A stretch of 64,000 bases of DNA, from positions 32,001 to 96,000 of the IMG/VR virus record IMGVR_UViG_3300024983_000001. The stretch is one strand, 5' to 3'. This document shows positions 54,302 to 63,391 of the stretch, in pieces. Both the position numbers and the translations under genes were made by a program. Under the pieces are notes generated by a model. That model was given only the letters and a program-made list of their open reading frames with translations, made no database searches and was not told the origin of the DNA. Source of the DNA: a virus. Numbering within the stretch: position 1 is the first letter of the stretch; every line of letters starts with the position of its first letter.

Positions 54302-55538
54302 AGATGTAAAATTAGATTTTTCAGATGTGTTGTTGTTACCAAAAAGATCCTCTTTAACTTCTCGTAATGAAGTTAATCTGGAACGTGTTTTTAAATTTAA
54401 ACATTCCAATAATATTTTATCCGCGATCGGGATTATCGCCGCCAATATGGACGGCACCGGTACGTTTAGTATGGCAAAAAAATTGGCCGAACAAAAAATG
54501 CTAACATCATTACATAAACACCACGATGTTGATGAATTGGTGCAGTTTTTTACAGCAAATGAAGCCATACTTCCTTATATATTTTATTCAATTGGTGCAA
54601 ATGAGAGAGATGTGAATAAAATGAAACTCACGTATTCAAAATTGGGGTCTACTCCCACGAACATTACCATTGATGTGGCAAACGGATATGCTGAATCCTT
54701 TATACGTTTCGTGAGCGAAATACGTGATTTGTATCCTGATGCAGTAATTATGGCGGGCAATTGTGTTACGCCGGAGCTGGCCGAACAATTAATACTGTCG
54801 GGGGCTGATATAGTAAAGACCGGTATAGGGAGTGGGGGGCAGTGCACAACACGAATTGTTGCAGGTGTAGGTTATCCACAATTATCTGCTGTTATCGAAA
54901 CTTCTGATGCGGTTCATGGGCTTGGTGGACATTTGTGTAGTGACGGTGGATGCGTTGTTCCTGGTGATGTGGCAAAGGCATTTGGTGCTGGCGCGGATTT
55001 TGTAATGTTGGGGAGTATGTTAAGTGGTCATGATGAGTCCGAGGGTGATATTGAAGGTGTAACAATACGCTATGTTGGTACCTCTGTAAACAAGGCGGTT
55101 AATTCCCAGCAAGCAAACTATACTTATTTGGTAAAAAACAGCACATCTGGAATACTAGTGCCGGTTTCTGAGGCAGATATAGATAATCTCTCACGCTGTA
55201 CCAAAACATCAGATTCACTATATCAGAAGTATAAACAGTTGTTCGAAATAACCATTCCTGCTGACCCAAAGATGGTTTTTTATGGAATGAGCTCCAAAAC
55301 AGCACAAGATAAACATAATGGGGGTGTTGCTGATTACCGCGCAAGTGAGGGGCGAACAACATTAGTGCCTTATAAAGGCCCTGTACAAAACACAATGCAG
55401 CAGATTTTGGGTGGTATTAGAAGTGCTTGTACATATTGTGGGGCTAGAACGCTAAAGGAACTACCCAAACGAGCAACCTTTGTGAAAATTAACAGAACCC
55501 ACAACACAGCATTTGAAAATAATACCATATCGTATTAG
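54288..55538 (+). CDS. guaC: GMP reductase with an internal insertion
   Basis: KLDFSDVL..PKRS.L.SR, AANMD, IDVANGY, GIGSGGQCTTR, SDGGC, FYGMSS, YRASEG, RSACTY. Confidence 0.95.
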   Translation: MRIIEDVKLDFSDVLLLPKRSSLTSRNEVNLERVFKFKHSNNILSAIGIIAANMDGTGTFSMAKKLAEQKMLTSLHKHHDVDELVQFFTANEAILPYIFYSIGANERDVNKMKLTYSKLGSTPTNITIDVANGYAESFIRFVSEIRDLYPDAVIMAGNCVTPELAEQLILSGADIVKTGIGSGGQCTTRIVAGVGYPQLSAVIETSDAVHGLGGHLCSDGGCVVPGDVAKAFGAGADFVMLGSMLSGHDESEGDIEGVTIRYVGTSVNKAVNSQQANYTYLVKNSTSGILVPVSEADIDNLSRCTKTSDSLYQKYKQLFEITIPADPKMVFYGMSSKTAQDKHNGGVADYRASEGRTTLVPYKGPVQNTMQQILGGIRSACTYCGARTLKELPKRATFVKINRTHNTAFENNTISY

Positions 55539-55549
55539 GGTGATAGCAA

Positions 55550-55750
55550 ATGAGTTTGACTCTTAAAGAAATAGTACAAAAACTGCAAGGTGCGTGTCGC
55601 ACAGAGGACGAAATGATAGCATATGAGATTGGTTTTGCTCATGGTTATGATATGAGTCCAAAAGAAACAGAACTAACACCTCATCATATACAAGAAGCGT
55701 ATAATGAAGGATATGAACGAGGATACAGCAAAGGTGGTCCTCATATTTAA
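55550..55750 (+). CDS. Small protein with AY..G...G repeats
   Basis: AYEIGFAHGY and AYNEGYERGY. Confidence 0.6.
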   Translation: MSLTLKEIVQKLQGACRTEDEMIAYEIGFAHGYDMSPKETELTPHHIQEAYNEGYERGYSKGGPHI

Positions 55751-55761
55751 AGGAGTGAAAT

Positions 55762-56088
55762 GTGGCGACAATAGAAAGAGTGTTGATAATTGATTTCTTG
55801 GATTTGCCAAGAGAACAACAGGAAGAAATTCAAGGCTTTGAAGCATTTGGTAATGATAGGGTTTTGAATTATACATCAGAGATGGCACCTACAGGAAATG
55901 AATTATGGTCCGATATTCTATCCCATCAGGCGATTGAGTCGTATTGGGAAGATCAATCAGCAACTAATAACTATAAAGGCACTCTACCCGAGTTCATTGT
56001 AGATTACGGGTTAACATTTGATGTTTGGTTGTTGGCTCAAGATTTTGATCTTGCTGTAACAAAAATACTTGTACAAATTTGTTGGTAA
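55762..56088 (+). CDS. Acidic hypothetical protein
   Basis: AAGGAG RBS; GTG start. Confidence 0.65.
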   Translation: MATIERVLIIDFLDLPREQQEEIQGFEAFGNDRVLNYTSEMAPTGNELWSDILSHQAIESYWEDQSATNNYKGTLPEFIVDYGLTFDVWLLAQDFDLAVTKILVQICW

Positions 56089-56089
56089 T

Positions 56090-56114
56090 AAAAAGGGGCC
56101 ATTGGCCCCTTTTT
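56090..56114. terminator. Bidirectional intrinsic terminator
   Basis: AAAAGGGGCCA-T-TGGCCCCTTTT. Confidence 0.8.
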
Positions 56115-56580
56115 AACTTCTATACTTGATTCCTTCTTTCTTCTTAATCAATCCATATGCAGCTTTAACAACACCCTTATGTAAGGGACGGCCGGTTGCA
56201 ACATATTCATCAATGGTCATCCATTTAGTAGCACCAGTTTCAAAATGTGGATCTCCAAAATCATCAGGGTTTGCGATTTTACACACATAGAAGAAATTCT
56301 TTTTAAGAAACTCTCCCAAATACCACAACTTCATGATGTTGCTCTCACGAAGCCCCAATTCTTCACTACCTTCACGCAATGCTGCTTCCTTTGCATTTTC
56401 ACCTGGATCAATTCTTCCTTTACAGCACTGGAAATCGGCGCCGCCGAAGCGTGGGTCCGACGGCAGCATAAAGTACATTTGGACTTCACCATCCTTGATG
56501 TAGTACGGAATTATGCCTGCTCTTGATATGCCATCTGATAAGAATCTAGATTGTTCATTTATGATATCATCTACTTTCAT
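56113..56580 (-). CDS. Nudix hydrolase with MKVDDIINE tag
   Basis: KGRIDPGE....AALREGSEELGL; TATAAATA at 56606-56613. Confidence 0.9.
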   Translation of the reverse strand: MKVDDIINEQSRFLSDGISRAGIIPYYIKDGEVQMYFMLPSDPRFGGADFQCCKGRIDPGENAKEAALREGSEELGLRESNIMKLWYLGEFLKKNFFYVCKIANPDDFGDPHFETGATKWMTIDEYVATGRPLHKGVVKAAYGLIKKKEGIKYRS

Positions 56581-56678
56581 GTTATTCTCTTATAATCGTT
56601 TAAGATATTTATACAAGTGTATCTTACACTTTAACCGAAGTTATATCAACATGATTGTTTAGCATCGTAAAGGATACG

Positions 56679-56924
56679 TTATAAAGCCAATTCAGCCTTT
56701 CTTAAAGGGCGTCTAATTGTGTAGGTTACGCCTCTGTTGTATTTTTCATTCCATTCACCAAATGCTTTGACGGCTGGTTTTTTCAAATCACTCGTAGCAA
56801 AGATTTTTTGTTTATCACCTGTTGTTGTATGAGTTACAGCACCCATGGCTTTAACAGCACGAGACCATTCACTAAAGTCATCGTATTCTTTTGCAACACC
56901 CTCAAATAGTTCGTCAAGTTTCAT
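56679..56924 (-). CDS. Small protein with MKLDELFE tag
   Basis: Module shared with 15617..16882 and 17246..18922. Confidence 0.7.
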   Translation of the reverse strand: MKLDELFEGVAKEYDDFSEWSRAVKAMGAVTHTTTGDKQKIFATSDLKKPAVKAFGEWNEKYNRGVTYTIRRPLRKAELAL

Positions 56925-56926
56925 AC

Positions 56927-57499
56927 TTATGCTCCATCCAATTCGTTAGCAATGTCTAATTCATATGCACGATTCTTCCAACCACGCGCAAACACTGCAA
57001 GTTTAGGATTGTTTGCAATCAATCTTTGATAAAAACCATATTGTTCATCACAAATGTTGTTTAACAACAACTGCTCTGTATCATCAGTACAAGCATTAAG
57101 TGTGTGAATGGAAGCAGGACCCAACACTCCATCAACCGTTAAACGTAGGCTAAAAGCCTTATTTAGTGCAGTTTGTGTGATAATATGTGCACGCTTAGCA
57201 CCCATGTTAACGGACATATCAAATATTTTAGTGGCCACAGTTTGGTCGTCAATGTTTCCATAATGAAATTTATCCCACCAAAAGGTTTGGTACACCTTTT
57301 TGGCATCATCAATGGTCATGTTTTTGATATCTTCAGCATCAACATCCCCATCCCCATCAAAATCACCAACTTCGGGATGATCTACAAGAAATCTCAAACT
57401 CACCCCGTAGTTGGTAGCACCTCCTGGATCATTAGGATTATTAACCCAACCACCCTCTTGTTTTAAAATAAATGGTATTGCTTTATCAAACGTAGCCAT
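56927..57499 (-). CDS. GH108 endolysin with peptidoglycan-binding domain
   Basis: EGG.VNNP.DPGG.TNYG, FD..VN.G, VDG.LGP, F..GW..R; TATAAATA at 57524-57531. Confidence 0.93.
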   Translation of the reverse strand: MATFDKAIPFILKQEGGWVNNPNDPGGATNYGVSLRFLVDHPEVGDFDGDGDVDAEDIKNMTIDDAKKVYQTFWWDKFHYGNIDDQTVATKIFDMSVNMGAKRAHIITQTALNKAFSLRLTVDGVLGPASIHTLNACTDDTEQLLLNNICDEQYGFYQRLIANNPKLAVFARGWKNRAYELDIANELDGA

Positions 57500-57545
57500 A
57501 ATAATATCTCCTATAATATGAACTATTTATATGACACCAATGATT

Positions 57546-57573
57546 AAAAAAGCCATCTCGAAAGATGGCTTTT
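57546..57573 (-). terminator. Intrinsic terminator
   Basis: AAAAAGCCATCT-CGAA-AGATGGCTTTT. Confidence 0.8.
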
Positions 57574-57589
57574 CTTTTCTGGGCTAATA

Positions 57590-58264
57590 TTACTTAGCTT
57601 TAACTTGAGAGAACTTTTTGCCCACTACCTTTGCAGATTTAACAGCACCTCTCATTTTTGCAACATAAGCTTTTGCAGAAATTGCATCTTTAAACACCTC
57701 GATGTTCTTAACAGGTACCTTTTCTGTGAAACATTCGGTAATAACCAAATACACATCAGCATCCTGTTCACCTTCAACAACGATTTCGTGGGAAGGAACA
57801 CCAGCGATTTGACGATACTGCTCAAGAGACTCTTCAACTTCCTTGGAAGCTTTCTTAACAGCCTTCTTCTCTTCTTTTTTGTCTTCTTTGTCAATTTTTG
57901 CCTCTTCGCTCTTGCTTAATTTAGTTCCCATTTTAGCAAGTTCTTTTTCGGCAGGTGAAAGATCATCTTCATCTTCATAAGCCTCAACAATAGTGTCGAT
58001 TTCTTCATCCGAATATTCAACACCTTCGTGTGCCATCTTTTTCCACATAACGGAAGCAGCTACCTTTTCACCAGCTTCTTTAGAACCATATCGTTTTGTT
58101 GCTTTGGCAGCAATTTTTGCAAAATTTTTACCTTTACCACCAATGTCTTCACCTTTTTTTGCAGCTTTGACGACAGTGGATTTTTCACCTTTGGACATCC
58201 CAGCTGATGGTGCAGCTTCTTCAACCGTAATGCCTGCAATTCTTCTAATTTCGTTCAAGTCCAT
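57590..58264 (-). CDS. Lys/Glu-rich internal head protein
   Basis: RRIAG and RQIAG motifs; GATAAATA at 58300-58307. Confidence 0.7.
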   Translation of the reverse strand: MDLNEIRRIAGITVEEAAPSAGMSKGEKSTVVKAAKKGEDIGGKGKNFAKIAAKATKRYGSKEAGEKVAASVMWKKMAHEGVEYSDEEIDTIVEAYEDEDDLSPAEKELAKMGTKLSKSEEAKIDKEDKKEEKKAVKKASKEVEESLEQYRQIAGVPSHEIVVEGEQDADVYLVITECFTEKVPVKNIEVFKDAISAKAYVAKMRGAVKSAKVVGKKFSQVKAK

Positions 58265-58375
58265 GTTATATCTCCTTTGATAATGATGACCAATAAATGT
58301 ATTTATCGTGTAGGCGACAACGAGTTGCGATTTCGTATAAATAATTTATGAATCATTCACCAAAGGACTATAAAC

Positions 58376-60700
58376 ATGCCACCACTTATTGTATTGCAAC
58401 CATATATCCAAGCACAACAAACGTACCTATCACAACACAGCTTGCGCTTTAACAGTAATGATCTTTCTTATATGTCAAGAGCATTTGCTCCAAGCGGAAC
58501 AACTGCTACGTTTTCTTTTTGGATTAAACGCTCTGCACTTGGTACCACACAATCACCATTTGGTTGGTCAAATGGCTCAACTGTGTCTTTTAATATCCTG
58601 TTTAACACAAGTGACCAATTAGACCTTGCTAGTTATTCATCTGCGTACAACGCAAGAAAATTAACCAATCGAGTTTTTCGTGACGTTTCCAGTTGGTATC
58701 ACATCGTTTGTGTAGTTGATACAACTAATGCAACGGCAGCAGACCGAATGAGGGTATATGTAAATGGTGTAAGAGAAACCTCCTTTTCTGCCTCCGTTGA
58801 CCCATCACAAAATCTATCAACAGCTTTATCGTCAAACGTAACTTGGGGTATTGGTGGAACAACTGGTGTAAACATCAATTATATAAATGGATACTTGTCA
58901 GAGTTTAACTTCATCGACGGTCAAGCTTTGACGCCATCAAATTTTGGCGTAACCGATTTTGCAACTGGACAGTGGAAGCCCATAACATACACAGGTACTT
59001 ACGGCACCAGTGGTTTCTATCTACCATTTAATGATGGTACGTCAACAACCACACTTGGTTACGACAGAAGTGGTAATGCTAATAATTGGACATTGACAAA
59101 CTTCAGTATTGTCCCTGGCGTCAATAACGACTGGTATCAAGACACACCAACAAATAATTTTTGTACACTGAATCCTCTGCAACAGGGAACATACGCCCCA
59201 ACTATCAGCAATGGTGGTCTAAACGCTTCGGGTACATACGGCCAAGCTAATGCGACAATGGCTGTTAGTACAGGCAAGTGGTATTTTGAATATGTAGCGA
59301 CAAGTATTGGAGCTCAACTCGCGGGTGTTGGTATTGAGGCAGGACCTGTAACTAGCCCAAATATTCAAAGCTCTGTTGCTTATAGCTACACGAATAACGG
59401 TAATAAGTTTGTTCGTGCTTCAAACACCACATATGGTGCAACTTGGACAACCAACGACATCATTGGAGTTGCTTTTGATTTGGATAACCATACAATTGAG
59501 TTCTTTAAGAATGGTGTATCACAAGGCGTTGCTGCTTCCGACATTACCACCGGATTGTATTATTCACCAACAACTGGTGCTGGGGGCACCGCTGGCACTA
59601 ATGTGTTCTATATAAACTTCGGTCAACGTGCATTTGTGTATACCCCACCAACAGGATTTAAACCGTTGTGTACAAGTAACCTTTCTACACCAACAATTGT
59701 ACAAGGTAATATTCACTTTGATGTTAAGACGTACGTTGGTAACGGAACATCAAATTCAGTAACTGGGTTAAACTTTCAACCGGATCTTGTATGGGGTAAG
59801 TCAAGAAGCTTTGTTCAATCTAACGGTTTGTATGATTCAGTAAGAGGTGTACAAAAAGCCTTATATTCAGATTTGAATTACGCCGAAACGACAGATGTTA
59901 ATGCTTTAACAAGTTTCAATACCGATGGCTTTTCACTGGGTAGTTCAGCTAGCCTTAACCAAAACAGCTCAACATATGTTACGTGGAATTGGAAAGCTGG
60001 CGGAGCGGCAGTAACTAATACAGATGGTGCTATAACATCTCAGGTTAGCGCAAACACAACTGCGGGGTTTTCTATTGTTACATTTACAGGTAATGGTGCC
60101 ACCAGTACCTCAGTCGGCCATGGCCTGGGCGCCGCACCAAAACTATATATGATCGCACCAAGAAGTACAACGGGTGGTTTTGCTATGGTACACACACTTG
60201 TGGATGGAACTGTGGATTATATGTTTTTAAACTCGCCAAATGCCAACGGAAACGCTACACAAACTGTTCCAACATCAACAACATTCAATGTTCGTGCGGA
60301 TGCTGCTGAGAATGCAACAGGTAGACTTAACGTGGTTTACTGTTTCGCAGAAGTTGCTGGTTTTTCTAAGTTTGGTAAATACACCGGTAATGGTAATGCT
60401 AATGGACCATTTATTTACTGTGGATTTAAACCAAAATACTTACTGGTGAAAAGAGCGGACGCGTCTGCGCACTGGTACGTAACTGATGGCGGTCGCGATA
60501 CCATCAACGAAGTTCAGACATTCTTATATCCAAGTTTGTCCAACGCTGAATCTATTGGTACGGCTGGCTCATACAGGGAAGACTTCCTATCCAATGGATT
60601 TAAAGTAAGAGGTACTGGTGCTGATATTAACGCATCGGGGGGTACATACATCTTCATGGCCTTTGCAGAAAGCCCGTTTGTGTATAGTAATGCAAGATAA
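58376..60700 (+). CDS. LamG/concanavalin plus SPRY-domain virion appendage protein
   Basis: SLRFN, T.SFWIKRS, FRD.SSWYH, FIDGQAL.P..FG, GKWYFE, DIIGVA.D, FQPDLVW.K.R, YIFMAFAE; TATAAATA at 58336-58343. Confidence 0.85.
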   Translation: MPPLIVLQPYIQAQQTYLSQHSLRFNSNDLSYMSRAFAPSGTTATFSFWIKRSALGTTQSPFGWSNGSTVSFNILFNTSDQLDLASYSSAYNARKLTNRVFRDVSSWYHIVCVVDTTNATAADRMRVYVNGVRETSFSASVDPSQNLSTALSSNVTWGIGGTTGVNINYINGYLSEFNFIDGQALTPSNFGVTDFATGQWKPITYTGTYGTSGFYLPFNDGTSTTTLGYDRSGNANNWTLTNFSIVPGVNNDWYQDTPTNNFCTLNPLQQGTYAPTISNGGLNASGTYGQANATMAVSTGKWYFEYVATSIGAQLAGVGIEAGPVTSPNIQSSVAYSYTNNGNKFVRASNTTYGATWTTNDIIGVAFDLDNHTIEFFKNGVSQGVAASDITTGLYYSPTTGAGGTAGTNVFYINFGQRAFVYTPPTGFKPLCTSNLSTPTIVQGNIHFDVKTYVGNGTSNSVTGLNFQPDLVWGKSRSFVQSNGLYDSVRGVQKALYSDLNYAETTDVNALTSFNTDGFSLGSSASLNQNSSTYVTWNWKAGGAAVTNTDGAITSQVSANTTAGFSIVTFTGNGATSTSVGHGLGAAPKLYMIAPRSTTGGFAMVHTLVDGTVDYMFLNSPNANGNATQTVPTSTTFNVRADAAENATGRLNVVYCFAEVAGFSKFGKYTGNGNANGPFIYCGFKPKYLLVKRADASAHWYVTDGGRDTINEVQTFLYPSLSNAESIGTAGSYREDFLSNGFKVRGTGADINASGGTYIFMAFAESPFVYSNAR

Positions 60701-60771
60701 ATCGTTTTAAAGAAACGCGCCGCCCCTTTGTGATATATACGATATAACATATATTACAAAGGAGTGAGTAC

Positions 60772-61410
60772 ATGAACGAAATAACAGAATTAACAATCGA
60801 AGACTCAGACAATATTCTTAAAGAATTGGAGGATGCTTTCTTTGATATTCCATTCGATAATTCAGCGTTTCAGACAGAAAATTTTATTATTGCTGCTCAA
60901 ATTACTCCTGAACGGGCATACCGTGCTATTGGTCTTCGTATGAGTGAAAAACTACGTGCATTAAATGAAGCCAAATACAGCCGCATGAAGGAAGATATTG
61001 ATATCGAGGAGTTGCGTGAAAAACTAACTCTACCTGATGTGAGTAAATGGGACAAACGAAGAGCTGAAGTTGATATTCAATACAAACTGGAAAACAGGCA
61101 GTTTTCAAATAAATTAATAAACGATGCACTCGCTGAGCTATCAATATTATACAAACATTTTAAGGCATTGCCAAAATTCACAAGAGAACAGTTTGAACAG
61201 GGTGAAAAACTTCATTTTGAACAAAAATTACAACGACAATTAATCGGTGTTAGTGGTGCAAGAGAATCTCTCGCAAACATGACAGATGATATTAGGGCGA
61301 TTGTATCATACGAACATAATGTTGCTGCACTCTCATCAGCTCCCACAACCGATGAATTACGTGACTGTCTCACGGATATCAATCTCATCGTTGCCCAAGA
61401 GCAAAAATAA
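60772..61410 (+). CDS. Coiled-coil hypothetical protein
   Basis: AAGGAG RBS; S.FQ...F......TP.R.YR. Confidence 0.75.
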   Translation: MNEITELTIEDSDNILKELEDAFFDIPFDNSAFQTENFIIAAQITPERAYRAIGLRMSEKLRALNEAKYSRMKEDIDIEELREKLTLPDVSKWDKRRAEVDIQYKLENRQFSNKLINDALAELSILYKHFKALPKFTREQFEQGEKLHFEQKLQRQLIGVSGARESLANMTDDIRAIVSYEHNVAALSSAPTTDELRDCLTDINLIVAQEQK

Positions 61411-61422
61411 TGTTGTGATGTA

Positions 61423-62340
61423 ATGGAGCAAAAACCAAAAAGAACAGGTGGTCGACCACGTGGTGAGTTTGTTTCGTTTGAAGAAGCTCGTGAATGGGTC
61501 AGTCGCCTCAAATTAAAAAATTATAAGGAATGGTTAAAATATGCAAAGCGTAGGGTTCCTCGTGGCAAACGAAAAGGACTAAAATATAAACCCAAGATTA
61601 TTCCTGCAAATCCCCAATGCTATTACAAGGATGAATGGATAAGTGATGCCCACTTCTTGGGTCACGTACCGTATATGTCTTACGAAGATGCTAAAAGATT
61701 TGCCACAAATATGCAATTCAGAAATGTTGTTGAGTGGCATGATTGGCATGTATCCGCCAAACCCGAAAACATACCACGAGACCCTGCCGTATTTTATAAA
61801 GAGTGGGAGTCGTGGGGTGTATTTTTAGGAACAGGAAATGTTAGCAGTAGTGTGCAACATAAAAATTATAGACCTTATCTTGAAGCGTTGAAATATGTGC
61901 ACACACTGAATCTATCAAGTGAAATGGAATATAGGGAGTGGCACAAAACGCACAATATCACAGACTTGCCTGTGCTACCCCAAGCAACTTACAAAGATTG
62001 GGAAGGTTGGCCAAAGTTTCTTGGAAAGGATATTACATCAAAGGTTGAAGGACATACTGTGGATGTGAGTGTGCTTGTTATTACTCAACACCAAGGATTT
62101 CCAAGCAATGTATATGAAATACGTATTGATAGGGGTGGGAAGAGTTCGGTATTAAGTAAACAGAAAGAAAACCAGTTTAGAATCATTAAAATTTACAAGA
62201 ATGAAGCGGATAAACAAGTCCAAATACAAAGACTCATATCATCGTGTGGGTCGCCTTGGTGGGAAGGTAATAATATGTTTTTAATTCAAAACATTCACCA
62301 ATTGTTGTTTGATTTGGATAATCTGTTGCTTTGGGCTTAA
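61423..62340 (+). CDS. Integrase-repeat-unit DNA-binding protein (endonuclease-associated)
   Basis: Three copies of EA..........EW.......IP..P...Y..W..W..FLG. Confidence 0.7.
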   Translation: MEQKPKRTGGRPRGEFVSFEEAREWVSRLKLKNYKEWLKYAKRRVPRGKRKGLKYKPKIIPANPQCYYKDEWISDAHFLGHVPYMSYEDAKRFATNMQFRNVVEWHDWHVSAKPENIPRDPAVFYKEWESWGVFLGTGNVSSSVQHKNYRPYLEALKYVHTLNLSSEMEYREWHKTHNITDLPVLPQATYKDWEGWPKFLGKDITSKVEGHTVDVSVLVITQHQGFPSNVYEIRIDRGGKSSVLSKQKENQFRIIKIYKNEADKQVQIQRLISSCGSPWWEGNNMFLIQNIHQLLFDLDNLLLWA

Positions 62341-63131
62341 ATAGCTTTGTTTTCAGCAATCTGTCGAGCCTTGATGGCATCAGTGATGCGTGTTTTGCTG
62401 TTTTTTGAATCCAATAAAATGATGGTTAATGTGTGTGTTGCAGTTTTAACTTTCATAACAAGGCACTTACCAGCTTCCTTTATATACCCAGTCTTCGACA
62501 CAACAATATCCCACTTACCGTCCTTAACTAACTTGTTTGTATTGTTGAACATTGAAGGTTTGTCACCAACCACCACTTCATAATGTTTGGTTGTAGTAAA
62601 ATCCCGTATTACGTCGTATTTAGATGCAGCATTTACCATTTTTGCCAAATCAACAGCTGTTGATTTATTGTGGTGAGTTAATCCTGTCGGGTCACTAAAA
62701 GTGGTGTTTTTCATTCCTAGTAATTTGCTTTTACTATTCATTCTATCAACAAATTCAACAACACCCCCAGGATAGGTACGAGCTAACGCGTGAGCGGCAC
62801 GATTGTCTGAGGACATCAAAGCAAGACGCAGAATTTCATTTCTGGGAAGAGTTGTGCCCACAACTAGTCGTGAGGATGAATGTCGAAGCATATCCACATC
62901 GTCTTCAGTAATTGAAATTTCTTCATCCATTGGTAAATCTGCATCAAGAACAACCATTGCTGTCATCAGCTTTGTAATCGATGCGATTGGACGAACAACA
63001 TTAGCATTTTTTGCGATTAGTTGTTTGTTGTTCTCAGTTGTTACCAACACGGTTGCCGTTTGCATAGCATAGCTTGTGGTGGATACTGCTCCACACCACA
63101 AACAAAGGCATAACAGAAAGATTTTATTCAC
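62337..63131 (-). CDS. pbpG: D-alanyl-D-alanine endopeptidase, peptidase S11 (PBP7-like)
   Basis: Signal peptide; ASITK (SxxK), SDN, SKTG, AG.CLV. Confidence 0.9.
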   Translation of the reverse strand: MNKIFLLCLCLWCGAVSTTSYAMQTATVLVTTENNKQLIAKNANVVRPIASITKLMTAMVVLDADLPMDEEISITEDDVDMLRHSSSRLVVGTTLPRNEILRLALMSSDNRAAHALARTYPGGVVEFVDRMNSKSKLLGMKNTTFSDPTGLTHHNKSTAVDLAKMVNAASKYDVIRDFTTTKHYEVVVGDKPSMFNNTNKLVKDGKWDIVVSKTGYIKEAGKCLVMKVKTATHTLTIILLDSKNSKTRITDAIKARQIAENKAI

Positions 63132-63330
63132 CGGCTATAACTCGTGTCTTTTTAACACGCACGAAATGGACAAAACCAATGCTGATAATGATGAAAAATA
63201 AAGTTTCGCACACGAACCCAGCGTACATCAACATTAAATTTGGGTGGGCAATATAACTAGCCAGCAATATATTGTCAAGTGTTAAACAAGCAATCGCAAT
63301 TGCTAGAATCGTCTCCAGCTTCGTTAACAT
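63124..63330 (-). CDS. Two-TM membrane protein
   Basis: AGGAG RBS; TTGACC-17-TATAAT at 63361-63389. Confidence 0.65.
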   Translation of the reverse strand: MLTKLETILAIAIACLTLDNILLASYIAHPNLMLMYAGFVCETLFFIIISIGFVHFVRVKKTRVIAGE

Positions 63331-63391
63331 GTATGTCTCCTATAAGTGAATACTATATGAATTATAGTACAAAACTCTTAATGGGTCAACG

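Noticed and set aside
55059-55268. Intein or intron in guaC
   Set aside because: No Cys/Ser start or His-Asn end; the insert is short and in frame.
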